In this document: positions 1-9,820 of the stretch, piece by piece
How the letters are laid out: every line of letters starts with the position of its first letter
Position numbering within the stretch: position 1 is the first letter of the stretch
Assembly (NCBI GenBank): GCA_046074245.1
Contig: JBJTNS010000329.1
Coordinates: 1-25,979, forward strand
Reading direction: 5' to 3'
DNA: 25,979 bases
DNA from: Chitinophagaceae bacterium
Lineage (GTDB): Bacteria; Bacteroidota; Bacteroidia; NS11-12g; UBA955
The notes under the pieces: generated by a model
Database searches by the model: none
Told to the model about the DNA's origin: nothing
Seen by the model: the letters and a program-made list of their open reading frames with translations, nothing else
Program-made: the position numbers and the translations under genes

Positions 1-1
1 G

Positions 2-490
2 AATACATAAGGTTTTACCACTTGCTTTCTCCATAATGAAAGCCGGAGAAGATGGGTCCCATGCGCTATAACCTCTCGCTTCAAAAGTATTTCTGATACC
101 ACCGTTAGGGAAACTTGAAGCATCTGGTTCCTGCTGTACAAGCGCTTTGCCGTTAAATACTTCAATACCGCTATCGATACCTGTTGGATCGAAGAAGGCA
201 TCGTGCTTTTCAGCAGTTGAACCACGCAATGGCTGGAACCAGTGGGTGTAGTGGGTAGCACCTTTTTCGATGGCCCAGTTTTTCATACCTTCAGCAATCT
301 GATCCGCCATTTTGCGGTCCATTGGCTTGCCGGTATTTCTGGATTCGTTAACAGCCTTGATGGCTTCTTTACTAACATACTCGGCCATTGCTTTTGGTCC
401 GAATACACTTTTACCGAAGTACTCTGATATTTGTTTCATTTGAAATTTGGATGATGGTTGTTCCTGAGATTTAGATTTTGAAGCGCTCAT
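2..490 (-). CDS. glnA: Glutamine synthetase type III, N-terminal part (runs off the left edge; absent from the ORF track)
   Basis: Manual translation from ATG at 490: [30 protein letters not shown]...[28 protein letters not shown]...[33 protein letters not shown]. These are GSIII N-terminal signature motifs. Confidence 0.95.
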   Translation of the reverse strand, partial: MSASKSKSQEQPSSKFQMKQISEYFGKSVFGPKAMAEYVSKEAIKAVNESRNTGKPMDRKMADQIAEGMKNWAIEKGATHYTHWFQPLRGSTAEKHDAFFDPTGIDSGIEVFNGKALVQQEPDASSFPNGGIRNTFEARGYSAWDPSSPAFIMEKASGKTLCI

Positions 491-513
491 CTTTTGATGA
501 TTTTTTTCGGATG

Positions 514-521
514 CAAAAGTA
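514..521 (-). promoter_or_regulatory. Bacteroidota -7 promoter box (TACTTTTG) for the GSIII gene
   Basis: Perfect TAnnTTTG on the minus strand, 23 nt before the ATG. A -33-like ATTG lies at 541-544. Confidence 0.7.
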
Positions 522-622
522 CGGACATTAAGTGATTTGACAATTCAATCTGATAAAAGTCATGCACAAAATATTAAAAAATACTAAAACATGATGAAAA
601 AAATAGTAAATTTCGACACGAA

Positions 623-1687
623 ATGATAAATAGTCAGATTCCATATAACAAGTTACCTTTAATAGAGAAACGATTGTCAGAATCTGCTATCGAAGATTTT
701 CAACAGATGAATGAGGCTGTCAGAGCCTTAGATTTTCTCAATGGTTTTTTAAGCGGATATGATGATGAATTGCTGCCTGAGTACAGCAGCAACCTCTTGT
801 TCACTGAGCTAAGGAACTCTCTGGAACTGGAAGGTTTTCCGGTATCGCTTCAAAGAATATTTGAGGCTGAAAATTCAGAGAATGCCCTGCAGGATGAATT
901 ATTAACCGGTATTATTGAGTATCATTCAAAAATACTACAGATCCGTCAACTGCATCTTGAAGCCATCAAGCCATCGGGTTTCAGACAAGTGCTTAAGAAT
1001 GCCGAGCAGTTCAGAGAACGCCGTGAGCATACCATTAAAAGTTATTTTACCAATCTTACGCTTTACACAGCACCTGTTCAATCATCTGTATTACAACAAC
1101 TGCGGCAGGATTTAGAAACCTTTATTTCAGGCAGGAATAATTTATCCTCTATACTCTCAGGTTCGATTGCTCACTATCAGATGAGAGCCATGGCTCCCTT
1201 TAATCACTTTAATGGAGTTTGTGCCAGAAGTTTGCATCTGCAGTGTCTCAGGGTATACGGACTGGAAACAATCTGTTTACCTATTTCATCAGAAATTCTT
1301 AAAGAGAAGGAAACTTATCAGACCCTGATGAGGGATGTAGTTCAATCGGGGAACTTACTTACCTGGCACAGGTTTATGACAGATATCATCGTCGCTTCAG
1401 CCAGGAAACTCCCCAGACAACTAAAAGCACTGAGTAAGCTTAAGAAACAATTAGTCGAGCAAATTGACAAATACACCGATTACAATATGCCAGTATCACT
1501 AGCCAGTCTGATCATGCGTCAGCCGTATGTTAAGGCGATCGATCTGGTGGCAGAATTGCCCTGCCACCGTCAGACGGCAGCCACTTATCTGAAACATCTG
1601 GTAAAAATGGGGATCTTAATCGAAAAGAGTTCGGGCAGAGAAAAGTTGTATTTAAACAAAGAACTTATGGATATCTTATCCAATTAA
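623..1687 (+). CDS. Fic-family (SoFic/class II-like) protein with C-terminal winged helix; catalytic motif degenerate (probable pseudoenzyme)
   Basis: N-terminal PYNKLP; inhibitory-type motif SLELEG; flap LYTAP; AHYQMRAMAPFNHFNGVCAR in place of AHYQFEAIHPFxDGNGRxGR; tail QPY...RQTAATYLKHLVKMGILIEKSSGREKLYLN as in SoFic-like proteins. Confidence 0.85.
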   Translation: MINSQIPYNKLPLIEKRLSESAIEDFQQMNEAVRALDFLNGFLSGYDDELLPEYSSNLLFTELRNSLELEGFPVSLQRIFEAENSENALQDELLTGIIEYHSKILQIRQLHLEAIKPSGFRQVLKNAEQFRERREHTIKSYFTNLTLYTAPVQSSVLQQLRQDLETFISGRNNLSSILSGSIAHYQMRAMAPFNHFNGVCARSLHLQCLRVYGLETICLPISSEILKEKETYQTLMRDVVQSGNLLTWHRFMTDIIVASARKLPRQLKALSKLKKQLVEQIDKYTDYNMPVSLASLIMRQPYVKAIDLVAELPCHRQTAATYLKHLVKMGILIEKSSGREKLYLNKELMDILSN

Positions 1688-1717
1688 ACGCTAAAAAAGT
1701 ATTTACTTTGCCAAAGT

Positions 1718-3544
1718 ATGAAAGCAATGAAACGCATGTTGAGACTTATTCTGCCATTCAAAGGACTGGCAATGCTCAATATGTTCTTCAATCTGATTCA
1801 GATTCTGGCAGGTTTATTCTCACTGGCTCTGGTAATGCCATTGCTGGATTTCATGTTCAATAATAATCAGGATGCCTTCAAACAGAAATCTGTTGGCAGT
1901 GCAGGTGATTTTAACTCGCTCTACAACAATTTTATTCACTGGATGACAGAGTTTGTCAATAACGACAAACAAGCTGCCTTATTCTGGATATGTGTAAGTT
2001 TGCTGGTGGCAACTATCATCAAAAACATTGCGCGATATCTTGCCCTCTACTACCTGGTCATTTTGCGCAACCGCATCATAAGAGATATCAGAAGAGATTT
2101 GTACAATAAGATTCTCGATTTGCCTTTGTCCTATTTCAGCGATGAGCGCAAAGGTGATATCATCTCACGCATGAGTAATGATGTTAAAGAAGTTGAATGG
2201 AGTTTGATGGCCTCACTTGAAGCCATATTTAAAGAGCCTGTTACCATCATATTCTATATCGGATCATTGATTTATATGAGTCCGAAGCTGACACTTTACA
2301 TTATCGTATTATTGCCCCTGGCTGCAGGATCTATCGCCTTGCTGGGACGCTCACTTCGCAGAAAATCAAAGCGTAATCAGGAGCAGCAAAGTGCGGTATT
2401 ATCATTCCTTGAAGAATCTCTGGGTGGTATGAGAATCATCAAAGCTTTTGCAGTTGAAAAAGTGTTTCGCAGAAAATTCACTGATTTAAATAACAACTCA
2501 ACAAGCGCCAATATCAAAGTCAATCACCGCGGCGACATGGCATCACCAATTTCAGAAACACTAGGAATTATGGTGGCATGTGTTTTATTGTGGTTCGGAG
2601 GAAATATGGTTTTTGGAGGCGAGTTAATTGGATCTGCTTTCCTGGCTTACTTTGCTATTTTTAGTCAGGTGATTCCTCCTTTTAAGCAAGTATCTCAGGC
2701 GTTTCCGATGGTTCAGAGAGGTGCAGCCGGAATGGATCGCTACGAAGAAATTCTCAACTCAGATATCAAGATTTATGAAGTAGAACAGCCTCTTAGCATA
2801 CAAGCATTAAATGAGGGCATTGTTTATAAAGATGTCAGCTTTACCTATAATGGAACAGACATGGTTTTGAATCATGTTTCATTTGAGATTCCTAAGAATA
2901 AGAAGATAGCTTTGGTGGGTTCAAGTGGCAGTGGTAAAAGCACTTTAGCTGATTTATTGCCCCGTTTCTACGATGCTACATCAGGCAGTATCAGTATTGA
3001 TGGAACAGACATCAAACAATACAGTTTACAGGAGTTACGTTCTATGATGGGTATTGTTACTCAGGAGGCCATTCTCTTTAATGACACCATTGCCAACAAT
3101 ATTATTTTTGGACATCCTAACGCCAGCATCGAAGATGTTAAATCTGCTGCAAAACTGGCCAATGCCCTCGAATTTATAGAAAAAACAGAAAATGGTTTTG
3201 ACACCATGATCGGAGAGAGAGGCAGCAAATTAAGCGGAGGGCAGAGACAGCGTTTAGCCATTGCTCGTGCTTTGCTGCGCAATCCTTCTATCCTCATACT
3301 CGACGAGGCGACCAGCGCACTTGATAACGAAAGTGAGAAACTGGTTCAGCAGGCATTGGATAATCTCAGACAGGGCAGAACAACCCTGGTAATTGCACAC
3401 AGATTAACAACCATTCAGGATTCAGACGAGATTATTGTTCTGGATCGCGGTCATATTGTCGAACGCGGTAGTCATCAGGAGTTGCTTGAACGCAAAGGGC
3501 ACTATTACCGTTTGTACACCACACACGGTGGAACAGATTTGTAA
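1718..3544 (+). CDS. ABC transporter, fused permease/ATPase, MsbA-like exporter
   Basis: N-terminal TM helices, Walker A GSSGSGKS, signature LSGGQ, Walker B ILILDEATS, H-loop IAHRL. Confidence 0.92.
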   Translation: MKAMKRMLRLILPFKGLAMLNMFFNLIQILAGLFSLALVMPLLDFMFNNNQDAFKQKSVGSAGDFNSLYNNFIHWMTEFVNNDKQAALFWICVSLLVATIIKNIARYLALYYLVILRNRIIRDIRRDLYNKILDLPLSYFSDERKGDIISRMSNDVKEVEWSLMASLEAIFKEPVTIIFYIGSLIYMSPKLTLYIIVLLPLAAGSIALLGRSLRRKSKRNQEQQSAVLSFLEESLGGMRIIKAFAVEKVFRRKFTDLNNNSTSANIKVNHRGDMASPISETLGIMVACVLLWFGGNMVFGGELIGSAFLAYFAIFSQVIPPFKQVSQAFPMVQRGAAGMDRYEEILNSDIKIYEVEQPLSIQALNEGIVYKDVSFTYNGTDMVLNHVSFEIPKNKKIALVGSSGSGKSTLADLLPRFYDATSGSISIDGTDIKQYSLQELRSMMGIVTQEAILFNDTIANNIIFGHPNASIEDVKSAAKLANALEFIEKTENGFDTMIGERGSKLSGGQRQRLAIARALLRNPSILILDEATSALDNESEKLVQQALDNLRQGRTTLVIAHRLTTIQDSDEIIVLDRGHIVERGSHQELLERKGHYYRLYTTHGGTDL

Positions 3545-3624
3545 AAACTGACCACTATCATGGCGCTTTGCACAAAGTTTCACTACTAAACCCTTATAAT
3601 TTCGTGCTATAATTTTTAAATAAT

Positions 3625-4044
3625 ATGCAAATTAACATCAAAAGAATTGACGAAGACTTTTTAATGGAAGCCACCAACGACACGGGTAATACCTTACTAA
3701 TGGATGGTTCTGAAAGCATAGGCGGGCATCACAAAGGCTTCAGACCAATGCAGATGCTTTTAGCAGCAGTTGGGGGTTGCAGCGCCATTGACATTATCTC
3801 AATTCTGAAAAAGCAAAAACAGGAAATTGATAGTTTCGAAGTAGTGGTGGATGGCGATTCTCAGAAAGAAGATACTTATTCGGTTTACAGAACAGTTGAT
3901 ATCCATTTTAAAATAAAAGGCCGTGTAGATCTCGACAAAGCACAGAAAGCGGCACAGCTCTCTCACGATAAATACTGTTCGGTCTCAAAAGCAATGGAAT
4001 ACAGTTCACAGATTCAGTTCAGAGTGAGTGTTAACGAAGACTGA
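3625..4044 (+). CDS. OsmC/YhfA-like family protein
   Basis: GFRPMQMLLAAVGGCSAIDII and KYCSVS carry the two conserved Cys; 139 aa. Confidence 0.88.
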   Translation: MQINIKRIDEDFLMEATNDTGNTLLMDGSESIGGHHKGFRPMQMLLAAVGGCSAIDIISILKKQKQEIDSFEVVVDGDSQKEDTYSVYRTVDIHFKIKGRVDLDKAQKAAQLSHDKYCSVSKAMEYSSQIQFRVSVNED

Positions 4045-4072
4045 TGAACACCAAATCAAGGAAAATATTTAG

Positions 4073-4080
4073 TATATTTG
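4073..4080 (+). promoter_or_regulatory. -7 promoter box (TATATTTG), 4 nt before the GTG start
   Basis: Perfect TAnnTTTG match. Confidence 0.6.
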
Positions 4081-4084
4081 CCTT

Positions 4085-4873
4085 GTGTTAAAATTCAGAT
4101 ATATCTTTTTGTTTTTGTTGTTTGCTGTCGATGGGCTAATGGCTCAGGACAGTTCTAAGCTTTCCAAAACCTCTGCAGGATTGCGGAACTCTGTTTTATT
4201 TTGTTTCAATTACGGCAGGCAGGTACCAGTGGGTTTACTAAGCAATCGCTTTGGAGGCAGCAATACGGTTGGTTTTTCAACTGCGTACAAGTTTGGAAAT
4301 AATTTCCAGGTTCAGGCAGGAATTAATGCATTGTTCAGTGGTAAGGTTAAAGAAAATGGCATTTTTGATACCATGGTTGGAGGCTCAGGTTATCTGGTAG
4401 ATGTTAATGGCAATCTGGCTGAAATTAAAATGTATGAGAGGGGCTTAACCTGGCATGTCGATTTCGGGAAAGTTATTCCGATCAATAAATTCGATGTAAA
4501 CTCCGGAATTTTATTGACTGCAGGCGCAGGTTTCATGCAGCACTATATCAAGTACACGTTTCAGAGAACGGTTTTACCCCAGCTGGAGGGCGAGTATGCC
4601 AAGGGGTACGACCGTCTGACAAATGGTTTAATGCTCAGAGGTTTTGCAGGCTATCAGAAAATTGATCCCAAAGCTATGTTAAACTTTGTTGTCGGAATTG
4701 AAGTGCTTAATGGATTTACTAAAAACAGAAGAGCATTTAATTATGACACCAGAACGGCTGATAATACTTCCAGAAATGATTTGATGATAGGTCTGAAAGT
4801 AGGCGTCATGATCTCGATCAGCGGTAGAAAAGCCGGAGCATCTAAAGGTGACGAGGAGCGTTATTTCGATTAA
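4085..4873 (+). CDS. Hypothetical exported protein, probably an outer-membrane beta-barrel
   Basis: Signal-peptide-like N-terminus (GTG start) and alternating amphipathic Gly/aromatic-rich strands; no family recognised. Confidence 0.65.
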   Translation: MLKFRYIFLFLLFAVDGLMAQDSSKLSKTSAGLRNSVLFCFNYGRQVPVGLLSNRFGGSNTVGFSTAYKFGNNFQVQAGINALFSGKVKENGIFDTMVGGSGYLVDVNGNLAEIKMYERGLTWHVDFGKVIPINKFDVNSGILLTAGAGFMQHYIKYTFQRTVLPQLEGEYAKGYDRLTNGLMLRGFAGYQKIDPKAMLNFVVGIEVLNGFTKNRRAFNYDTRTADNTSRNDLMIGLKVGVMISISGRKAGASKGDEERYFD

Positions 4874-4876
4874 ACA

Positions 4877-6103
4877 ATGGCCGTTATTTACCTCTTTATA
4901 ACAAGATTGGCAGAAGTTATTTTGAATCTGCTAAGTATTTTTTTAAGAAGTGGTAAACTTAAGGATTTCATAGAGGGACGGAGAAAACAGGACTTATCAG
5001 TACCACTCCCAAAATCATCTAAACGTTATTGGTTTCATTGTGCCAGTCTGGGTGAATTTGAGCAGGCTCGTCCGGTAATAGAAGCCATCAAAGACAAAGA
5101 CCCGGGCATCAGTATTGTCCTATCTTTTTTCTCGCCTTCAGGGTATCAGCAGAGAAAGAACTATTCACTGGCTGATGCAGTAATTTATCTTCCGTTGGAT
5201 ACACCATCCAATGCCCGAAAAGTTTTAGATTATTTTCAGGCCGATCAGGTAATTTTTGTCAAATACGAACTTTGGTATTTTTACTTGTCAGCCATTCATC
5301 AAAGGCAGATTCCATGTTATCTGATATCAGCAACATTCAGACAAAATCAATTTATTTTTTCATATCCTGGTGCCTGGTTGTTTAAGCTATTGCCCAGGTT
5401 TTCCTGTATTTTTTTGCAGGACGAAAACAGCTATCAGTTGCTGAAACAGAAAGGAATCACCAATATTCAGTTAAGTGGAGATACCAGATACGACAGGGTT
5501 AAGCAAAACGCATTAAAAGTTCAGCTAAATCCGCATATAGAGGCTTTTAAGTCCGATTCACCAATGCTTATACTAGGCAGCAGCTGGCAGGCTGAAGAGG
5601 CTTTAGCTGAGCAGTTTTTGCAGGATGATGATTTCAAATCTTTTAAAGTACTTATAGTTCCTCATGATATCAGCAAAAAGCATATAGATGCCATTTATAC
5701 AACTGTTAAACCATATGGTGTATCTTTATATACCGAGCAACAGATTCCTGAAGGCAGTCGTGTAATGGTATTAGACACCATTGGTCATCTGGCGAGTGCT
5801 TATTATTATGGTGATCTGGCTTTGGTTGGTGGAGCTTTTGGAAAAGGACTGCACAATATATTGGAAGCTTTGTCTTTTGGTGTGCCCGTAGTTTTTGGTC
5901 CGAATACAGGCAAGTTTCCTGAGGCAGCTCTGGCTATGCATTCTGAAGTAGCGTTAACCGTTACAGATTATGAGAGTTTAAGAAAGAGTATCTTATATTT
6001 CTTACCGGATAAAAAACTTGACAATACAATAAGGGCCAGGTGTATTGATTTTATCAACTGGCATTCTGGAGCTACCGCGAAAGTTTTAAAAGTTTTAGAG
6101 TAA
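4877..6103 (+). CDS. waaA: 3-deoxy-D-manno-octulosonic acid (Kdo) transferase
   Basis: WFHCASLGEFEQ, YLPLDT, SGDTRYD, GLHNILEA motifs and an N-terminal membrane anchor. Confidence 0.92.
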   Translation: MAVIYLFITRLAEVILNLLSIFLRSGKLKDFIEGRRKQDLSVPLPKSSKRYWFHCASLGEFEQARPVIEAIKDKDPGISIVLSFFSPSGYQQRKNYSLADAVIYLPLDTPSNARKVLDYFQADQVIFVKYELWYFYLSAIHQRQIPCYLISATFRQNQFIFSYPGAWLFKLLPRFSCIFLQDENSYQLLKQKGITNIQLSGDTRYDRVKQNALKVQLNPHIEAFKSDSPMLILGSSWQAEEALAEQFLQDDDFKSFKVLIVPHDISKKHIDAIYTTVKPYGVSLYTEQQIPEGSRVMVLDTIGHLASAYYYGDLALVGGAFGKGLHNILEALSFGVPVVFGPNTGKFPEAALAMHSEVALTVTDYESLRKSILYFLPDKKLDNTIRARCIDFINWHSGATAKVLKVLE

Positions 6104-6111
6104 AATTAAGC

Positions 6112-7140
6112 TTAGAAAAGTTCGCCGTTTTCTTTGCGGTATTGAATTCTGCCAAGGTGTTTATAGGCATGAGCAGTTGCTTCTCTACCTCTTGCAGTTC
6201 TCATCAGATAGCCTTCCTGAATCAGGAAAGGTTCGTATACCTCTTCTATTGTACCGGCTTCTTCGCCTACGGCGGTTGCGATGGTATTGATACCTACCGG
6301 ACCGCCTTTAAATTTATCAATAATAGTACTTAGAATTCTGTTGTCCATTTCATCCAGACCGTTGGCATCAACATTCAAGGCTTCGAGAGCGTATTTAGCG
6401 ATGTCCAGGTTAATGGTACCATCTCCTTTTATCTGGGCAAAATCGCGTGTACGGCGGAGTAAAGCATTGGCAATACGCGGGGTGCCTCTGCTTCTTCTGG
6501 CGATTTCGTATGCTGCTTCGTTGGCGATAGGTACTTTGATAATGCTGGAAGAGCGGTTGACAATTCTGGCTAAGAGGTCGGTGGTATAGTATTCTAAACG
6601 ATTGGTTATTCCGAAACGTGCACGCAGAGGAGCAGTTAGTAAGCCAGATCTGGTAGTTGCACCAACGAGGGTAAATGGAGCCAGGCTGATCTGAACTGAA
6701 CGTGCGCTGGGACCGCTATCCAGAACGATATCAATTTTGTAATCCTCCATAGCCGAGTAGAGGTATTCTTCGACAACCGGACTAAGACGGTGGATTTCGT
6801 CGATGAACAGGACATCACCCTCTTCGAGATTCGTAAGCAATCCAGCCAGGTCACCGGGCTTTTCTAATACAGGACCGCTGGTGATTTTAATATTGCTTTG
6901 AAGTTCGTTTGCGATGATGTTTGCCAGAGTCGTTTTTCCGAGTCCCGGAGGTCCGTGAAGCAATACGTGATCCAGCGCTTCACCACGCTGAACTGCGGCT
7001 TTTACGAATACCCGAAGATTATCAAGAATTTTTTCCTGACCAGTAAAATCTTCGAATTGCGTTGGTCTCAATACCTTTTCGATATCTCTGTCGGCAGGAC
7101 TTAAAGCATCTTTTTCAGGATCGAGGTTTTTGTTTAGCAT
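6112..7140 (-). CDS. ruvB: Holliday junction branch migration helicase RuvB
   Basis: [56 protein letters not shown]. Confidence 0.98.
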   Translation of the reverse strand: MLNKNLDPEKDALSPADRDIEKVLRPTQFEDFTGQEKILDNLRVFVKAAVQRGEALDHVLLHGPPGLGKTTLANIIANELQSNIKITSGPVLEKPGDLAGLLTNLEEGDVLFIDEIHRLSPVVEEYLYSAMEDYKIDIVLDSGPSARSVQISLAPFTLVGATTRSGLLTAPLRARFGITNRLEYYTTDLLARIVNRSSSIIKVPIANEAAYEIARRSRGTPRIANALLRRTRDFAQIKGDGTINLDIAKYALEALNVDANGLDEMDNRILSTIIDKFKGGPVGINTIATAVGEEAGTIEEVYEPFLIQEGYLMRTARGREATAHAYKHLGRIQYRKENGELF

Positions 7141-7150
7141 GGTGATGATG

Positions 7151-7158
7151 CAAAGATA
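7151..7158 (-). promoter_or_regulatory. -7 promoter box (TATCTTTG) for ruvB
   Basis: Perfect TAnnTTTG, 10 nt before the ATG. Confidence 0.7.
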
Positions 7159-7254
7159 TTGGAAGCTGTCGAATAATACAATTGAGTAATTGGGCTTATT
7201 TTAAAGAAGCATACAACCATTTAAGCGAAAAATCTATCTTACTAAAAAATTTGT

Positions 7255-8370
7255 ATGAAATTTGTAATATCAAAACCGATGAGAATTATACTCCTTACTC
7301 TATTTGCTGTTTGTCAGTTTGACCATGTTTTCGCTCAGATGAGCGATGGTGTAAAGTTTGACAAAGTGTCACATGATTTTGGTAAAATCAAAGAAGAAAT
7401 TGGCACTGCCATTGCCATATTTGAATTTACGAATGTCAGCAATGGTCCTGTTTATATCAAGAACATCGAGACCAGTTGCGGTTGTACCAAGCCAGAGTAT
7501 TCTAAAGACACAATTCTTCCGGGAGGAAAGGGATTTATAAAAGCGCTGTATGAAACCAGAGGCAGAAGTGGCGATTTTCATAAGAACCTATTTGTGTATT
7601 TCAACGAGCAGGATATGTATCAGAGTCTGACCATATCTGGTTCAGTAATTCCGGAAGCCAATCTGGCGAAGCGACCAGAAACTTATAGCACAACGTATTC
7701 AAATCTGGCGCTTACCTCTATGATAGCAGCATTTCCGGATTTGCATACCAATCAGAAGCAAACTTATACCATTAAAGCTTTTAACTACCAGGGATATCCA
7801 ATTAAAATCTGGGAAGTCAATGAAGTACCAGACTACCTGACAGTCAATATTGGTGACAGCGTCATCGATGTAATGGATTCTATGTTTATTACCTTTACTG
7901 TTGATGGAACCAGGATTGCAGAACTGGGAGAGATTCGTCAGAGAATAGCTTTTGTTACAGACGATGCTGCCGGAGAAACTAAATTTCTGCATGTTTACAT
8001 CAATCTGAAAGAAGATTTTTCTAAGTTAACCAAGCAGCAGAAACTCAATGCTCCTGTCATCAGCATTGATTCAGGCACTGTGTTAAATTTCGGCAAAGCC
8101 GTTGCAGGATCTATTGTCAGCAAAACGGTTACTATAACCAATAATGGGAAAACCGAGTTAAAAATAAGAAGTGTGAAACCAAGTTGTTCGTGCATATCGT
8201 TTAATTTACCTAAGCAGATTTTAGCTCCGGGTGAGAAGGTAGTCTTTACCATTTCAATCGATACGGTGAATCAAACAATAGCCTCTCACAGTAAGTATTT
8301 AACATTATATTCAAACGACCCCAAAAAATCAGAGCAGAATATTAAACTCTTAATAAATATCACCAATTGA
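7255..8370 (+). CDS. Exported protein with two DUF1573-type Ig-like domains
   Basis: Signal peptide; HDFGKI...FEFTN...TSCGCT...ILPGG and LNFGK...ITNNGK.ELKI..VKPSCSC...LAPGE. Confidence 0.85.
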   Translation: MKFVISKPMRIILLTLFAVCQFDHVFAQMSDGVKFDKVSHDFGKIKEEIGTAIAIFEFTNVSNGPVYIKNIETSCGCTKPEYSKDTILPGGKGFIKALYETRGRSGDFHKNLFVYFNEQDMYQSLTISGSVIPEANLAKRPETYSTTYSNLALTSMIAAFPDLHTNQKQTYTIKAFNYQGYPIKIWEVNEVPDYLTVNIGDSVIDVMDSMFITFTVDGTRIAELGEIRQRIAFVTDDAAGETKFLHVYINLKEDFSKLTKQQKLNAPVISIDSGTVLNFGKAVAGSIVSKTVTITNNGKTELKIRSVKPSCSCISFNLPKQILAPGEKVVFTISIDTVNQTIASHSKYLTLYSNDPKKSEQNIKLLINITN

Positions 8371-9803
8371 ATGTTATGAAGAAAATTGTTTTAAACGCCT
8401 TAGTAGCCGCAGTATTTGGTGTTTTAGGCGCATTTCTATTTACAAGGTATCAGTCTGATTCAGCAAAAAATTCGCTTGCAGAGACTGAAAACCTGAAAGG
8501 CTTATTAGCCTCTTATAATGGCAAAACAAGCGAGAACAGCATCAGTTTTGTGCTTGCCTCGAAGGTCAGTACCCCCAGTGTAGTCTTTATTAAAACAACA
8601 GCCATGGTTCAGCAGAGAAATCCGTTCGGAATGTTTTTCGATGGATGGGATCCATTCGGTAGCATCGGAAAAGTAAGCAGTACCGGCAGTGGTGTGATTG
8701 TAAGAAAAGATGGATATATCATCACCAATCTCCATGTTGTAAAGGATGCACAAACGATAGAAGTGGTGCTGAATAACAAAAAGAAAACCTACACAGCCAC
8801 TTTAGTTGGCACAGATCCGTCGACAGATCTGGCCTTGTTAAAAATTGAATCAGATAATTTACCAGCCATTGCCATTGCCAATTCTGAAGATTTAGAAATT
8901 GGAGAGTGGGTAGTAGCAGTAGGTAATCCATTTAACTTAACCTCTACCGTTACGGCAGGTATTGTGAGTGCGAAGGGCAGAAACATCAATGTCGTTAACA
9001 ATCAGTTTCCAATTGAGTCGTTTATACAGACAGATGCTGCTATTAATCCAGGTAACAGCGGTGGTGCTTTGGTGAATCTGAACGGCGAACTGGTGGGTAT
9101 TAATACCGCAATTTTTAGTCAGACCGGCAGCTATGCAGGATATGGATTTGCCATACCTTCAAACATCGTATCTAAAACCATCAAAGATTTGATAGACTTC
9201 GGGCAGGTACAGAGAGGCTATACCGGAATTGAGGCCGACGAAGTTGACGAGAGCTCAGAGAAAATTAATAAAGTAACGAATGGTGCTTTGGTGAAGAATA
9301 TTTATAACGAGAGTCCGGGTGCCAAAGCGGGATTAATGAAAGGCGATATTATAGTAAAGATTCAGGACAGGGCAATTAATGGAAAATCTGGTTTCGACGA
9401 GCACATGTCGTATTACCGACCAGGCGATAAAATCAAGATCAATTTTGTCCGCAAAGGCGAGTCAAAGGAGACAACTATGACACTTACCAATCATGATGGC
9501 GAGGTTACTTTAGAGAAGAAGAGAGCGGTTACTTCAGACAAGCTTGGGGCCGACTTTTCTAATGTCAGCAAAGTAGAACTTCAGAAATACAATATCAGTT
9601 CTGGTGTGAAGGTAAATAATATCAGAAGCGGATTAATTGCCAATATGGGAATAGAAGACGGATTTATCTTTCTGAAATATAATGGCAATGTCTGCAAGGA
9701 TGCCAACGAATTAATCAAATTGCTTGAGGCAGCCGGAGGGCGGATTCAGATAGAGGGTCTGAGTGCCGACGGCGGAAGAAGAATTTATAATTTCTGGTAC
9801 TAA
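8367..9803 (+). CDS. HtrA/DegP-family trypsin-like serine protease with PDZ domains (start TTG 8367 or ATG 8376)
   Basis: Catalytic triad TNLHVV, TDLALL, GNSGG; IQTDAAINPG; C-terminal PDZ; N-terminal TM or signal segment. Confidence 0.95.
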   Translation: MNVMKKIVLNALVAAVFGVLGAFLFTRYQSDSAKNSLAETENLKGLLASYNGKTSENSISFVLASKVSTPSVVFIKTTAMVQQRNPFGMFFDGWDPFGSIGKVSSTGSGVIVRKDGYIITNLHVVKDAQTIEVVLNNKKKTYTATLVGTDPSTDLALLKIESDNLPAIAIANSEDLEIGEWVVAVGNPFNLTSTVTAGIVSAKGRNINVVNNQFPIESFIQTDAAINPGNSGGALVNLNGELVGINTAIFSQTGSYAGYGFAIPSNIVSKTIKDLIDFGQVQRGYTGIEADEVDESSEKINKVTNGALVKNIYNESPGAKAGLMKGDIIVKIQDRAINGKSGFDEHMSYYRPGDKIKINFVRKGESKETTMTLTNHDGEVTLEKKRAVTSDKLGADFSNVSKVELQKYNISSGVKVNNIRSGLIANMGIEDGFIFLKYNGNVCKDANELIKLLEAAGGRIQIEGLSADGGRRIYNFWY

Positions 9804-9820
9804 TAGTTTTTTTAATTAAT

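Noticed and set aside
242-427. 61-aa + strand ORF
   Set aside because: It is the antisense shadow of the GSIII gene.
6112-7140. ruvB without adjacent ruvA/ruvC
   Set aside because: Dispersed ruv genes are usual in Bacteroidota.
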